Below the pieces are notes generated by a model, which was not told the DNA's origin, made no database searches, and saw only the letters and a program-made list of their open reading frames with translations. A DNA stretch of 64,000 nt, from contig CM120640.1 of assembly GCA_051362555.1 (NCBI GenBank), positions 63,466,788 to 63,530,787 on the forward strand, given 5' to 3'. How positions within the stretch are numbered: the stretch's first letter is position 1; the number at the start of each line of letters is the position of its first letter. A program made the translations under genes and the position numbers. This stretch comes from Lingula anatina. Its lineage: Eukaryota; Animalia; Brachiopoda. Shown here piece after piece: positions 51,001-62,998 of the stretch.

Positions 51001-51853
51001 TCTAGTATTTTGTTAATTTAATAAACAATGTATTATGAACTTTATGTGTATTGTAATCAATTGTAAAAATTCAACCTAACAGCAGGAATTTGAATAAAGA
51101 ACTGGTAGTGTAACAGTACATGTATATCATTCACAGTAATGATAATATAACTCTAATATGCTGCCCAAGAAAAAACATAAGTTGTGAAAAAGTTGAGTTT
51201 GGAAGGAAAGCGAGGGCACGATCAAAATTTGTCTCATGTAATATTTTGCGTCTTTCATTTGCATAAGTGTTTTAAATATTTTTCTTTACAAAGGATAACA
51301 GGGTCCAATTTAGACATTTAAACGCTAAGTTTGCTTAACAGAGAGTAATTGTTGAATGTTATTGACTTTTCTCTGTTATTTCATCGCCGTCGCAGTTTGC
51401 CTTGTTTGTCTTTAGTAAGTTAATGGCCACTTTTTCATTTTTTATGAAATAGCTATCCAATTTCCCTTCCAATCATTCTTATATCGGAAGGGTCACATAT
51501 CCAGCCGACCTTAATATCTATATGCAGCAAAAAGACAAGGATTCGCACGAAAACAACTTAAATAACACATATAGAAGTCTATATTGGTGATATGGATAAG
51601 AGGGTTCTATTGGAAACGCCCCAAGTATATTGTAATCTTAAGTTCTAATTTTCACATCCAAAAAAAGTTTGAATCACATAAAAAACAATCACTAAGTTCA
51701 AAGTACATTTATTTCAGTAATTTCAGTAATCAATAGTGTTCGTGTATCAGTTTTGAACATTTGAAACATTTAATAATAACACTTACCTGCCCTTGTGTCT
51801 TCAATGCTGCATTGCAACAGAAGCACCTTTAAAAAAAGCCATTTGATCGTCAT
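45007..51853 (-). CDS. Nicotinic acetylcholine receptor alpha-type subunit (alpha7/9/10-like Cys-loop channel), 6 exons, 487 aa
   Basis: Exons 51853-51787, 48762-48614, 47743-47699, 47135-47026, 46575-46034, 45557-45007 (1464 nt, in frame). Signal peptide, RPV, WSPDIILYN, Cys-loop CKMDLSYFPFDDQIC, FGSW, vicinal YYDCC, GEK before M2, four TM helices. Exon 1 is the least certain. Confidence 0.93.
49803..49974. mobile_element. Short inverted-repeat element of the GGGGCGGATCC family
   Basis: acccgggggcggat ... atccgcccccgggt termini with an internal repeated ggaagacggtca. Confidence 0.6.
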
Positions 51854-53471
51854 GGCGCTCAGAGTATCTCTCTGACACCAACGTTATAGGCGCTCCTCTA
51901 AATGTTTGGACACAATTGTCGTATCCCACAATCCCCACTTATGGGATATTGACTTGTTCGATAAAACATTTATGTTTACTATCCTAGGAAACAATCGGGA
52001 AAATGTGCTATGAGAGATACATGTATTATTAGAACCGTCGCCAGAACTAGCATGCAGGCTGTATTGTACATCTAAGAAACCTAGTCCTGCAAATCTTTGG
52101 AAAACGTTGAATACTGAATTCTACACTAACAACCGAATGCAGTATCTTTTACTTTTATGTTTTATTGCTCTGTAGTTGTATTAGAATAGATAAGACCCTT
52201 GGGAATGTGATACGTAGCAGACGACTTTCTCTTCAATATGAAGTGCATTTTTGAGAATTAATCTTTTCCACATAAAGCTGCACAATCTTGATATTAACAA
52301 CGTGATTAATGTTGAAAACCTTTGCTGTTTATGGAAAATGCCAAGAAAATTGAGTAAGGCGATTACAATCTGTTTAAGTTAAGTATTAACAGTAGCAATA
52401 ACTCTTCAGTACTTAATTTGATTATCAGTATACACTTACGATCAATTATGTTCAATAGCCATTGGAATATTGCTTTAAAGCTATTTAGTGCTACCGTCCG
52501 TCATTATCAAACTCTTTTTAACAGGGTACAGATGCTAATTCTCACGAGCGTCTGACTAGCTGTAGTTGTATCACAATACTGACGATGTCACCTCTTTTAC
52601 ATTAGCACACTTAATTATCAACAACATAAACTAATTAATTTAAATAAATTACATATATTAGTAATTCTCTTAATTGATTCACTTAGATAAATTACGTAAA
52701 ATCTTAACTGTATCAATTTATTTATTTACATTAATTACGTTAAGGATATTGTAACCCTTTATTATCATCCAGATACTGAAAATGAGGTTTTTCCTGCATC
52801 TAATTATTCAATAATATATCTTTCTTTGCGCTGATTTATAACAATTTTAAAAACTTTCGAAAATATTAAATATGTATTGCTCGTTGCAATGTATAAGCAC
52901 AGGCAACTCAAAGCTTTAGTCGCCAATTTAAACCTATTCTATTTTGAGGTGAGTTAGCAATTGGTATGGGGCGTAACTTAATCCCCGAACAGGATTTTAT
53001 CACGAAAGTTGGCAGACTTGACCAGGAGTGTATGGGCTGCCATCACTTGTAGTAATTTTGGTTTAAATGCTTTTGTTATAGAGTAATTTCATTAAACAAA
53101 GGCATTATTTTTGCTTTATCAACGATAAAATCTAAACTAAGAAAATTCGCTGGCAGGGTTTTGGAGTACTAAATGGTGTCATCAGTTCGAGGCTGGAACG
53201 GTTATCGCGGGTGTTCAGGTAAAAGAGAAATATGAGAAATCGATCTTTAAGTTTTTACCCGAAAATCACAATTATGACGTCACCTGTAAGATAACATGGG
53301 TGTAAATGTTAATTGATTTAGTCACTGAACACTAAAGGTTGATCTACTACCCAAAAGAATGTATGTAGGGCAGTAGATAAGGAGTTTTGGGCTAAGGGTG
53401 ACAATATCTTTAAGATTTGCAACGAGCCTGAAGAGTCACTCCCAGGATAAACTTTATCCCCTCAGCACGAC

Positions 53472-53727
53472 TAAGACCCCGTTCCCATACGTAGATCGAT
53501 CTTGCAAGAATGACCCATCTCCGAAGGGTTTCTCGCTAAATTGCGTTCAGCTTAAGCGGCTCTGATGTCTGGCACGCCCACTGAAGCTGTTAGGGGGTAA
53601 TTAATTATCGTTAAGCATCTTAAGTAGACAGACATCTAAGCCGCTTAAGCTGAATGTAATTTAGCGAGAATCCCCTCGAAGATGGGTCGAACCTGCTAGA
53701 TCGATCTAGGAATTGGAATGGTGCTTA
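53472..53727. mobile_element. Palindromic MITE (PIF/Harbinger-like) just upstream of the FReD gene TATA box
   Basis: ~100-bp imperfect inverted arms (tagatcgatct...tctcgctaaattgcgttcagcttaagcggct / agccgcttaagctgaatgtaatttagcgaga...agatcgatcta) with TAA/TTA ends; a diverged relative lies at ~50135-50255. Confidence 0.7.
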
Positions 53728-53786
53728 TTCAGCTTCATATAAACTGGATTACTTCCACAGGGTACCGACAGGCAAGCTATCACAAA

Positions 53787-56700
53787 ATGGAGAGAACATT
53801 TCTTCTGTGGCTGTTAGTGACTACCTGTTATTTAGGCTTCGCATCAAGGTACCGGAAAATGCTCATTACCCTTCGTATAATTACCATATCTTCGTTCAAT
53901 ATGTTAGAGTAAACAGAAGTTAAGAATGCCACAAAATAGGTTTCTACGATTCTACTATAAAACAGTGTTGCAACCATATGGTTTTACAATTTTCATTATT
54001 TTCCAGCGAAGAGTCAACTTGCAGTGAGCAATGCGATGCTAAACTTGTTCAAATGACGAACGACCTGGGTTTTTTGCGTAACCAGTATGAAGAAGTTGTG
54101 CAAAGACTGAAGGATGTGGAGGCTAACTTTGCAACAATGATGGCAGGAAATCAAGGAGGTATACAATACGTGTTTTTGATAGCATTAAAAAAGTGTATCT
54201 AAACTCATGTCTAGCAGATTCTTAAACAGAGAAGTGTGAACTAAATATACAGTATATGGATTCCCTGTAGAACAGGGTGACCGTAAAAAAAAAACATAAA
54301 AATTTAAATCATACAAAAGTCCATCAAATTTCTAGAAACTTGCTTGACTTAAACTTTAATATGTGAATGATCATTCCCCAAAATTTCAGTTATCTTGGTC
54401 ACTTTTGCATAAAAGATATTATCTTTTAAAAATATATGCTCCAAATGGTCTCAGAGGCATCGGATGCACATTTGCATACGTCGCGAAAAAAAATTGTCAA
54501 TTTATCAAACACATTGCTCCATTGGGATTTTCCTGATATTTGCTGTGATTGCTCCCCACACTTCACCAAATATTTGAGCATTGTTCTGGTTCAAACTGTC
54601 TTTGAGATACCCCCACAGATAAAAATCTGGGGAGGTTCAAGTACGGTGAATCCGGTGCCCACTCAACGTCACACTTTCTGCTGATCAGCCACCCTGACTC
54701 CTAGGGGGATGTCCGGTCCTGTGATGTGCCCGGCCTGAAGGTCGGGAGAGGATGGCAACGGACGAAATGTTCGTTCTTGTGATGTGCCCGGCCCGGAAGG
54801 TCGGAAGAGGGTGGAAACGGACGAAATGTCCGTTCTTGTGATGTGCCGGGGCTAAAGGTCGAAATAGGATGTCAACTGACGAAATGTCCGTTCTTGTGAT
54901 GTGCGCGATCGGGGAGGTCGGATGAGCGGTTCCAGACCAGGGGTCTGCTTTTTTTTTTTTTTTTTTTTCAGGATTCGGAAATGTTGGCTCCAGAAAAGAA
55001 GTCTGAAGAGTTCTAGGCAGCACACAGACTGACGTTCCCATGCAACATTCCACCTAGAGGAATCATTTCCAGACTAGACGCAACCAAGAGTTTGGAGGAT
55101 ACTTAAGACATTGTCGTTGAAACTAAAAAGTTGAATTTTGTCTTAACAGTTGCGGTCTACTATTTAACCTTGAAGTATGCTAGTTGTAATTTTAAAACGT
55201 GTACTTTTTAAAACAACTGAGCTAGTTGAAACGCCACCTCATCTTTGAAAACTGAAAAGTGACTTTAATCTTCGCAACGAAAGAGCTCATTAAAACATAA
55301 CTAGAACATTGTGACCGGAACACTGTTCTATAGGGCTTTAAAGGAGATACTCCAAGTAACGCTACCGAGTATTTACATAGTGCTTGCATAACTTTAACCC
55401 ATTGTAATATTATCTGTTTTCATTTTATTTTATTTTACTTTTCAAATTGAAAATTTCCACTCTTGTCATTGGCTCAAGATATATTTTCCCGCGGGAGTGC
55501 CCCGATCCGGAACAAATTGCGGCGCCCCTCCCGGGCTTGGACAGCGCCGGAGAAGGCGTGCGTTTCAATATATATAGATTAGACTGTATTTTCAATCTGA
55601 ACGAAAGAAAGAAAAAAATAAATATAAAGCATTTTTGAACAACGTGCACAGATACCCTGTCAGCATATATATATCCTCTATATTGTACTTTTAGCAAAAG
55701 GCCAGGACTGTGCCGAGTTATATCAGAACGGAATAAAACTGAGTGGAGTTTATACCATAACACCCAACGTAACAGCCGGGCGTGCATTTGAAGTTTACTG
55801 TGACATGGAAACAGACGGGGGCGGGTGGACGGTGAGTAAGACATCTGTTCAAAATTGTTCTTGTTTTGAAAATTATTTCTGATTAAAAATATCCGAAACA
55901 AGATAAAGAAGAATAACTGGAATATATTTCTATATACCTGTCACGCCACATTTTAATTTCAGTTATCATGTAGCATAGGCTGCTACATAATTATGGTATT
56001 TTTACATTATTATGGTATTTTTCACAAATCGTTTTAAATATTTTTTTCTCTAAAAAGAAAAGTTGTTCACTTTGAATAAGTCATGTCTATGATAACCTTT
56101 ATTTGTCCCTAGTTAAAGATATCGTTTAAGCTATATAAAAAGAAAATGTACAGGAAGATCCGAAGTGATCAGAAATGACACAGAAGTGACAATAACCCAA
56201 TATGGTAATTTAGTAATTGTGTACTTTAACGGAACTATGTAAACCTAAACCAAATAAGGGTAAAGATTTTTCAAACAGACAGTTTTTATCTACTTGGGAA
56301 CCCCTAGCATATTTCTTGTAAATTTTAATTACTCTATATTATAATACATATGATTGTTACCGCATGCTGTATGGTTTATGTTTATGATAAATCTGTAAAC
56401 TCGCCGAGAAACTATATGTTATTGGTAATGCAGCTAGTACATCTGTCCATTATATAAAGACTTTCAGGTTTATTTACATTATAGTAATACAAATACCAAT
56501 CTCACAGAGTGGTTATTACAGTTATAACATTATATTGTACACCTAATCTAAATCTAAATTGAATTTTACAGCAAGCCGAAACACCTTAGATTTTAAAAAC
56601 TGCAAATTTCTAAAAAACTTACTGGAATGTATTTCACTTGAGCGACTTCGCATGGGTACTTGCTTATTCAATATTATTTTAATGGCGTATTATAGAATTT

Positions 56701-59700
56701 TGAGCCACAAACAAAATTATTTCAGATGTAATCATTTAAACATTATCTACGCCTATGTATGATGAACGGGACGCTAAAACCCGATCAAATATAAAATTTA
56801 AGGTCACAACATGATTCCATATACCCAGTATGTGTATCTACATGTACCTGAAGTATTGCTTTACGCGGGGATTTGATATCACATTGGGTCATTACAAATA
56901 GCAGACATAAAGACTTCTCTAAAGGTATTGAAAGCAAATGATTGAAACACGATAGAAAATAAAAACAAATCAAATTGGCTGTACGAACTCTCTGAGCTAA
57001 ACTTATATACATTAAGGCACAGTGGAGACGTGTCCATTGACTATTCGCTCAGAAGTGGTCATTAATCATATTGGCTTCATTTAAAGCAGAGCGGTTGAAT
57101 TTATCGTGAATAGTAGTACTCACAGTTCTAAGCCTTTGGCCCTTGTAAATTTGAGAATCTCTTTGAAAAAATAAAATGTAAGATATTTCCCTCTCGAGCA
57201 TTGCGACTTGTGACGATTTTTCATCAAACAAGACTCTAATAAGTTTTCTTTCATACGCTCCTCTCTTATCTTTATGTCTTCTTCCGACATGTTTATGAGT
57301 CGTTCTCTGTTCGAGTTCAGTAACCTATTTGCCGCAGCTTCAAGTTTTCCCTGTGTTTTGGGATACGGTGAGTTGACAAACCATGAACCCGGTTCCCCGG
57401 CCTGCACATAATAACTTATAAGGTCAAGGTTTAGGTAATGGGCCATTGCGGCTATACTAGACTCTTCGTGCAAGTACAAGTCACATTTTGACAACATGAG
57501 AACATCTCTAAGAACAGCTCTGCCAACCAACATGGCAAGCCGTGGGCTTTTGAAAACGTGTCGAGAATAGGTCGAATTGAAAATTTTACTTCTGTCGGCA
57601 ATATTCCAATGAACTCTTTCTCCAAATTCTTTCTTAAATCTCTCGACTGTCTCTTCATTATCTGCCGCAAGAAATATCCGTATAGACTTGGGATGATTTT
57701 CTTTATATTTAAGCTTGTTGCGCAATTCTTGTGGGAGGACGTCGGCTGAGGTTTCCACTGCTTTCATGACCTTCTTGGTTTCGGCTATCCAACGATCCAG
57801 TGACACGAGTTGTGAGACTTCTTTCCTGTGATCAGTTGACCTGACGTGAACTCCAATATTGAAATAACCCCTCATCGCTCTATTATACGCTGTCTCGACA
57901 GACTGCCTTACTACATTTACCGGCTTAAAGTATTTTGTCAAAACATGATGCGCTAGAAGCCTAGTGGTATTCGTAATCTCTCCACGGTACGTGTTTAAAT
58001 CCTTTCTCACTTTTCTCTTAAAACTTAAATCTACCAATTTGGCCTTTCCATACGATTTTACTATAGGCTCAGGAGCCACTATGCAGATTTTATGTTCTGT
58101 CTTATTCTCGTCATTATCTTCTAGAGCCTCGAAAAACCAATTAAAATGATTCACCTGTTGTTTGGATTCGCTTCCACAGAAACTGCAGTGGTACCATTTC
58201 ACTATGGGTTCACCTCCCAATAAAAGACATGATGTCAGTATTTCTACGGCGTAAAGCACTGCGGATATCATTCCAGGCCCATCATGGCCACACAAAAATA
58301 ACGTGTCCTCTATGTAACATGTCACTGTATTCGGCCGCAGAGGACGGTCCCTGCGATCGTACAATATATCAATCAGGTATTCAGGTGAATACTTAAGTTC
58401 ACTGCTATTGATGACGACCGGTTTGAAAGTCCATGTCGGAACATTGTGTGTTGATTGAACGTAATTGTTTTTTACGGGAGGTCTTCTTGTTGGTGTTATA
58501 TGATCTAAACCCTTTTCGCCTAGTAGGCCTAAGTTTATGGCATATCCAGCATTCAGCATGAATTCTTTTGACGTTGGTAAGTCAGTGATTTCCTCTTGAT
58601 CCGGTATTTTCTCTTTCAAAGTGTTACAAAATATGTAAAATAATATAAGAAGAACAATAATAGCCATGAAGCGCCATGACAGCTTGTGTTTCCGTAGCAA
58701 ACCGTGTAAATTACAAGCCATCTGTGGATTTTTGCGACCGTTTGTTTTTCTGCTTTCAGTGGAAATGTGGTCTCTAAAATAACAATTTATAGCGCTGCTT
58801 GCGTTTAGCAATGAATGCCGGCGTGACGTGACGTGACAGAGCCTGCATAATTTAAGTGAGGATGGACTGTCTATTGCACGGACCCCATGTTCGTCAAACA
58901 CCGGTACACCTCAATGAAGTCACATTAACTGCATTAGCAAGGTGAATTATCTTCAACCAGCACAGATCGTCAATGGATATTAACCTAAAACATGTACCAA
59001 ATGCATAAAATATCACACTATAGGAATATTTCACGATGTATTAAAACAGGAAAGGAGCCATATTATAGATGAGGTGAAAACAGGATTATATCAGGATTGT
59101 ATTTTAATCAAATCCCCTTTTAATCACGAGAACCTCATTGAACTTTAAAAATATTGAGTCGTCTTTGAAATGTACTCCCTGTAATATTCTTGATCACAAA
59201 ACACGACTTTGAATGTGATCATGGTCACAAAATGTCGATTTCTTTCAAAAGGTACATGTATCCATTTGTAAATAAGTGTTTTCCTCTCACATTAGACCAT
59301 GTGCGCATAAACCATGAGTCCATAAAATGTGGTCATTGTATACAAACGTATGCAAATGGAGACGTTGATATTTGATGTCCTCAAACTCCATGCAAGGCCG
59401 ACCTACTGGCCTGTATTTCAACTCTCCGGTGCAAAATATTACCCACAGCGATAGGCCCCCGTTTGGTGACGTATATACTCCCCGCATCAGTTTTTGGATG
59501 ATGATTCGACGATTTTATCATTTTTAAGTCCTGAAACACGTATTTTTTTATGAAAGATTGTTGTATTTCTGTAAGGTCTAAAAATTGTGTTGTGTTTTCA
59601 CCAGGGCTGATATGCGTGCATGTTGTCACACCTCCAATTTCTTCTGTTTTTGTTAACAAATTATCACATCACAGCTCTGATCTTCTAAAGTCATTTTCAT

Positions 59701-61005
59701 ACAGGTAAAATATGGAGGCGAAATTGAAGACAGCCAATTCTCACCAAATTGATGCACAATTAGCAACAGGATGTGACCCTACCGCGTTTTAATATTTTAT
59801 TATTAATGTTAAGACATCTTTGTTAAAATTAAACGTAGCAGAAGACTGAAGTTTAGTGCTTTAATATTAAATCATAAAATCAGGCTATTTTATCGTATAG
59901 GTGTTCCAAAAACGTGTTGATGGTACAGTAGATTTTTACCGTGGATGGGAAGCTTATAAACACGGATTTGGAAATCTGAACAGTGAATTCTGGCTTGGTA
60001 TGTGACACAAAAAATTGATAGAAATAACGATAAGCGAAAAAAAAAAACAATTTTAACTATGTTCAGCAATCAACGTGCATTTAAGTAGCTTTAAATTGAT
60101 TTTAAATTAAGATTGTATTTTTTTCATTTAAATTTTTTTAGAATTTTTATTTGTAAAGCGCTTTTAGTTGCAAATTGCACTGAAACGTACATTATTAATG
60201 TGCTACACAAGAAATAAATATTTTTTATTGAAACTAAATTCTCATTTAGAATACCAAGAAAATGGCACAAAGCTCAATTTCAACATTGGATATACGGGTA
60301 CGGTTTTTCCAAACACAATACAGAATATATGTTGTTTTTTTTTGCTACGTCAGTTCAATCATTTATCCACATTGTGATCAAAGTCTTATTTGTGTTGTAG
60401 GGAATGACCTCATATACCTAATGACCAATGACCGACGTTATGAACTACGTGTGGACATGGAAGATGTGACAGGAACCAAAACCTATGCCCTGTATAACTT
60501 CTTTGCTATTGAATCGGAAAAGACTAACTACAAACTGAAACTGGGCGCATACACGGGCAATGCAGGTAACCCTCGTGTACATGAAGTCACAAACTTATTC
60601 CTAAAAGTATGCACCTTTTAAGAAATAGCTTTAGCCAGCTTTTTAAAAGAGTTAAAAAACCAAGATGAAAAGTGAGGCCCAAACTCAATACGCAGAATCA
60701 GTTCTTCGCCATGTTATGTTTCAGGTGACTCTCTTTCTCGCCATAATGGGTATCCATTCAGCACAAAAGATAAAGAAAACGACAGCTATAGCGGTGGGCA
60801 TTGTGCACAACTTTACAAAGGTGCCTGGTGGTATGAAAACTGTCATTCGTCCAATCTAAATGGTTTGTACCACCTTGGTCCACATACATCATACGCTGAT
60901 GGTATAAACTGGTACTCATTTAAAGGTTACTACCATTCTTTAAAGAGAACCGCAATGAAGATTCGACCTATCGGGTTTAATGTCGGATCTGTTGTCATTG
61001 GATAG
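53787..61005 (+). CDS. Secreted fibrinogen C-terminal domain protein (FReD; ficolin/tachylectin-5/MFAP4-like), 6 exons, 297 aa
   Basis: Exons 53787-53848, 54007-54158, 55695-55831, 59901-59997, 60401-60565, 60725-61005 (894 nt, in frame). Signal peptide and short coiled coil, then [68 protein letters not shown] at 53738-53743. Confidence 0.95.
54273..54690 (-). mobile_element. Tc1/mariner transposase remnant (C-terminus plus one end)
   Basis: Minus-strand translation with a frameshift and stops gives [20 protein letters not shown]...[15 protein letters not shown], matching the WP.RSPDLNP.DF.LWGYLK motif. A terminus-like acagggtg lies near 54273. Confidence 0.8.
54708..54925. repeat. Diverged ~59-bp tandem repeat, ~3.5 units, GC-rich
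   Basis: Recurring gacgaaatgtccgttcttgtgatgtgcc...aaggtcgg at ~59-bp spacing. Confidence 0.8.
57120..58721 (-). CDS. Intronless type II membrane fucosyltransferase-like protein (GT23/NodZ-like, GT-B), ~533 aa, nested antisense in FReD intron 3
   Basis: Long uninterrupted ORF; first ATG at 58721 (MACNLHG...); TM segment [14 protein letters not shown]. It has the three motifs shared by alpha1,2/alpha1,6/O-fucosyltransferases: [21 protein letters not shown] and [19 protein letters not shown]. Confidence 0.82.
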   Translation of the reverse strand: MACNLHGLLRKHKLSWRFMAIIVLLILFYIFCNTLKEKIPDQEEITDLPTSKEFMLNAGYAINLGLLGEKGLDHITPTRRPPVKNNYVQSTHNVPTWTFKPVVINSSELKYSPEYLIDILYDRRDRPLRPNTVTCYIEDTLFLCGHDGPGMISAVLYAVEILTSCLLLGGEPIVKWYHCSFCGSESKQQVNHFNWFFEALEDNDENKTEHKICIVAPEPIVKSYGKAKLVDLSFKRKVRKDLNTYRGEITNTTRLLAHHVLTKYFKPVNVVRQSVETAYNRAMRGYFNIGVHVRSTDHRKEVSQLVSLDRWIAETKKVMKAVETSADVLPQELRNKLKYKENHPKSIRIFLAADNEETVERFKKEFGERVHWNIADRSKIFNSTYSRHVFKSPRLAMLVGRAVLRDVLMLSKCDLYLHEESSIAAMAHYLNLDLISYYVQAGEPGSWFVNSPYPKTQGKLEAAANRLLNSNRERLINMSEEDIKIREERMKENLLESCLMKNRHKSQCSRGKYLTFYFFKEILKFTRAKGLEL

Positions 61006-61289
61006 ATGCAAAATAACAACAAAGCTCTTTCAATTAACCCCTTATCTGGTTAGCGCACCGGCAATTGAGATACAATTTAGTTTTTCAACAAGTTAACGAT
61101 TTTAACATTGTATGCATACAAACATCACTTCGGAAAATAAATGGTTTTACATGCACATTATATTTTACAGTCCTTTTTATTATCCATTTTATGTTGTTTT
61201 ATTGAATCTTATTTATAAAAGGTGGTACAACGGTATTTATTTGTAAATTCGTCTCCACAATAAATACAAAGTGTGTCTAAAAAAATAAT

Positions 61290-62270
61290 AAGTCACCCCA
61301 ATTTTTTATGCACAGACACAGTCTGTACATATAGCCGTCACCTACGTCTGTCGTCGCCGTCGCCGTCGTCTCCGTGCACTTTTACCGATAACACGATAAG
61401 TGGAAAACTATTTTTCTTTTGGCTTGAAAATTACAGAACTGATGAATATTCATAATACGCAGATCAAGTTCGAAAATCAGCATGATCATGCCATTTTTAT
61501 GGAAGTTATGCTGTTTTTTCACTTTTAAACACACTTTTTTTTTCACATATATGCAACACAGATAACAAGTTAAGTGAAAATCAGTTTTGCCTTTTAGCTT
61601 AAAACTTACAGAACTGATGAATATTCATAATACGCAGGTCAAGTTCGAAAATCAGCATGATCGGGCTATTTTTATAGAAGTTATGCTGTTTTTAACTTTT
61701 TTTCAGCATTTATGCAACACCGATAACACGATAAGTGAAAAATCGTTTTTACTTTTGGATTGAAACTTACAGAACTGATGAACATTTATAACACGTAGGT
61801 CAACTTAAAAAATCAGCATGATCGGGCCACTTTTATAAAAGTTTGCTGTTTTTTCATTTTTTTTGAGCATATATGCAACACCTATAACACATTTTAAGGA
61901 AAATCGATTGGCCAATTGTCTTGAAATTCACAGGAGTGATCAGTGTTACTAAAATACAGATTAAGTTTGAAAATAAGCTTGATCAATTAAGTTTTGGTGA
62001 AGTTATGCCTTTTTTGTACAAGTGTTTTTTCCTCAAATTTAATTCTCCATCATATTAATAGTCTCATTTTTGAACTAATTAGATATGTAAAGGTGTTCTT
62101 TTGACATTTTCTGCAACTTATCAATATGTACAATAAAATCGGGACGTTATCAGCTAAGCACCTAGGACTTCCTTTTCATGGGCACATTTGAGACGACGAA
62201 AGCTAAGGCATGTAGTTACTTAATTTTAAGTGACCTTGCATTCTTTGCACTGCTGACCCCGAGTGCATGC
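61290..62270 (+). mobile_element. Helentron/pearl-like element with internal ~165-bp satellite array (about 4 units)
   Basis: A (GTC/GCC) microsatellite precedes tandem units starting near 61384, 61558, 61719 and 61880 (accgataacacgataagtg...cagaactgatgaatattcataatacgcag...aatcagcatgatc). This layout is known from molluscan non-autonomous Helentrons. Boundaries approximate. Confidence 0.6.
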
Positions 62271-62998
62271 TGACAAAAGAAATTGTTTGACATTGTACGT
62301 CTTTAAACTGTTGGATTCAATCTTGAGAAAAAATCTCCAAAATTAACATCTGTGAGTTAATAATAATAATAATAATACACAAATATGCGGGATCAGTGCC
62401 AAAAGGCTTGTTTCGGCGATAATTGCACCTGAGATCTAGCACTAAGAATGTCCACCCACGTCTTGCTCATGCGTATCATTATTTCAATTTTTCGCTATAC
62501 GCTCCAGCAATAATGTTGTAGAATATGTCGGAAAGGTGCTGTCATAGACGGTTAATGTAATTGTTTATTATAAATTATAGGCCTAAATTTTTCATATTAT
62601 AATAATATTTCTTAATCTGGGTGAAAGCTGAATAATAATTATAATATAATATAATATTCAAAATGAATAATAACAATAATAATAACCACTCCCCCCCCCC
62701 CCTTTACCGCAAATATTGAATAGTTATATGTTTGATAATCCTTTTTAGATAAATTTTGAGTTGCAAACACACGTTCTTTGGCTTGTCAAAGTGTCCACAA
62801 AATATGGCCCCTGTGCCGAGCTATTGAACGCCTCAATTTCACTGTGCATCGGAAGGCTCATTAAATGTACACTAGGACATTCGAAACCGGTTTCATTTGC
62901 CCTAGTATAGATGTACAATAAAATCGGGACGTTATCAGCTAAGCACCTAGGACTTCCTTTTCATGGGCACATTTAAGACGACGAAAGCCAGGGCATGT
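62125..62998 (+). repeat. Local direct duplication of ~88 bp (62125-62212 and 62911-62998)
   Basis: atgtacaataaaatcgggacgttatcagctaagcacctaggacttccttttcatgggcacattt... occurs twice, nearly identical. Confidence 0.85.

Noticed and set aside
54870-54900. ctgacga...gaaa as a hammerhead ribozyme core in the 59-bp repeat
   Set aside because: CTGACGA occurs in only one unit and overlaps the GAAA, leaving no room for stem II.
58722-58901. N-terminal 60-aa extension of the 593-aa ORF
   Set aside because: It begins at a non-ATG codon; the first ATG (58721) gives a normal type II membrane topology.
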